64,000 nucleotides of DNA from Octopus sinensis. Its lineage: Eukaryota. Positions within the stretch are counted from its first letter, which is position 1; each line of letters begins with the position of its first letter. Location of the stretch: assembly GCF_006345805.1 (NCBI RefSeq), contig NC_042997.1, positions 207,576,001-207,640,000 of the forward strand, given 5' to 3'. A model generated the notes under the pieces. The model was not told the origin of the DNA and did not search any database. It saw only the letters and a list, made by a program, of their open reading frames with translations. Shown here one piece after another: positions 63,310 through 64,000 of this stretch. Position numbers and translations under genes: made by a program.

Positions 63310-64000
63310 AGGTAATGCAGTACGATCGTTTCGTGCAACTCCATATGATACCAGATTCCATCACGTGCCAGGGGGAGAAAATAGAAGAAGTTAATAGCTT
63401 CCACTACTTAGGCAACCAAGTCTGTATTGGGTGTGGTTGCTCTGCGAATGTAGCAGCTAGAATAAGTATAGCCTGGGCAAAGTTCAGAGAGCTCCTACCT
63501 CTGCTGGAAACTAAGGGTCTCTCGCCCAGGATAAAAGGCAGACTTTATGATGCATGTGTGTGAACTGCCATGCTACACAGCAGTGAAACATGGGCTATGA
63601 CTGCTGTAGACGTGCATAGACTTGAAAGAAATGAAGCTAGTATGATCCGCTTGATGTGTAACATCAGTGTGCATACACGACAGGGTGTAAGCGCTCTGAG
63701 AGAAATGTTAGACATAAGAAGCATCAGATGTGGTTGCACTGGTATGGTCAAGTGTTACGTACGGATGAAAACAGCTGTGTGAGAAAGTACCACACCCTAA
63801 CTGTGGAAGAAACCTTTGGAAGAGGTAGACCCAGAAAGATGTGGGATGAGGTGGTGAATCATGCCCTTTGAACATTGGACCTCACAGATCCAATGGCAAG
63901 TGACCTTTGGAGATATGCTGTGAAATTGAGAAGACCTGGCAACTAAAGTCAGATTGCAGCCATGGCTGATGCCAGTGTTGCATGTCTGGCCCATTTAAGA
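63310..64000 (+). mobile_element. RTE 3' fragment
   Basis: FHYLGNQV...IAWAKFRELLPLL, MLHSSETW; preceded by a minus-strand tail fragment at 63010-63185. Confidence 0.85.

Overview
AT-rich eukaryotic (metazoan) DNA that is mostly transposon- and microsatellite-derived. The repeat content (abundant RTE LINEs with a shared (TGA)n tail, tRNA-derived SINEs, long (TA)n/(CA)n tracts) looks like a cephalopod, probably Octopus, genome; this is inference, not a database result. The only clear host gene is on the minus strand: three spliceable exons (6121-7573) encode a PARP14/PARP9-type macrodomain, and two weaker upstream exon candidates (29697-29765, 52048-52158) may belong to the same gene. Mobile elements include a near-intact full-length RTE LINE (14973-20710) with one homopolymer frameshift, an internal PHD-type finger and a 2.3-kb higher-order 3' VNTR, preceded by an identical 599-bp tandem unit. 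There are many truncated RTE copies plus HERO/NeSL-, R4/Dong-, Tx1/L1-, CR1-, hAT- and Helitron-type elements. The most notable unannotated signal is a set of at least six minimal type I hammerhead-ribozyme-like motifs. They sit in short ORF-less Penelope-pLTR-like units at (TA)n tracts, several arranged as palindromes. No prokaryotic genes, rRNA, true tRNA or CRISPR array were seen. All calls come from reading the sequence by eye; repeat boundaries are approximate unless stated.
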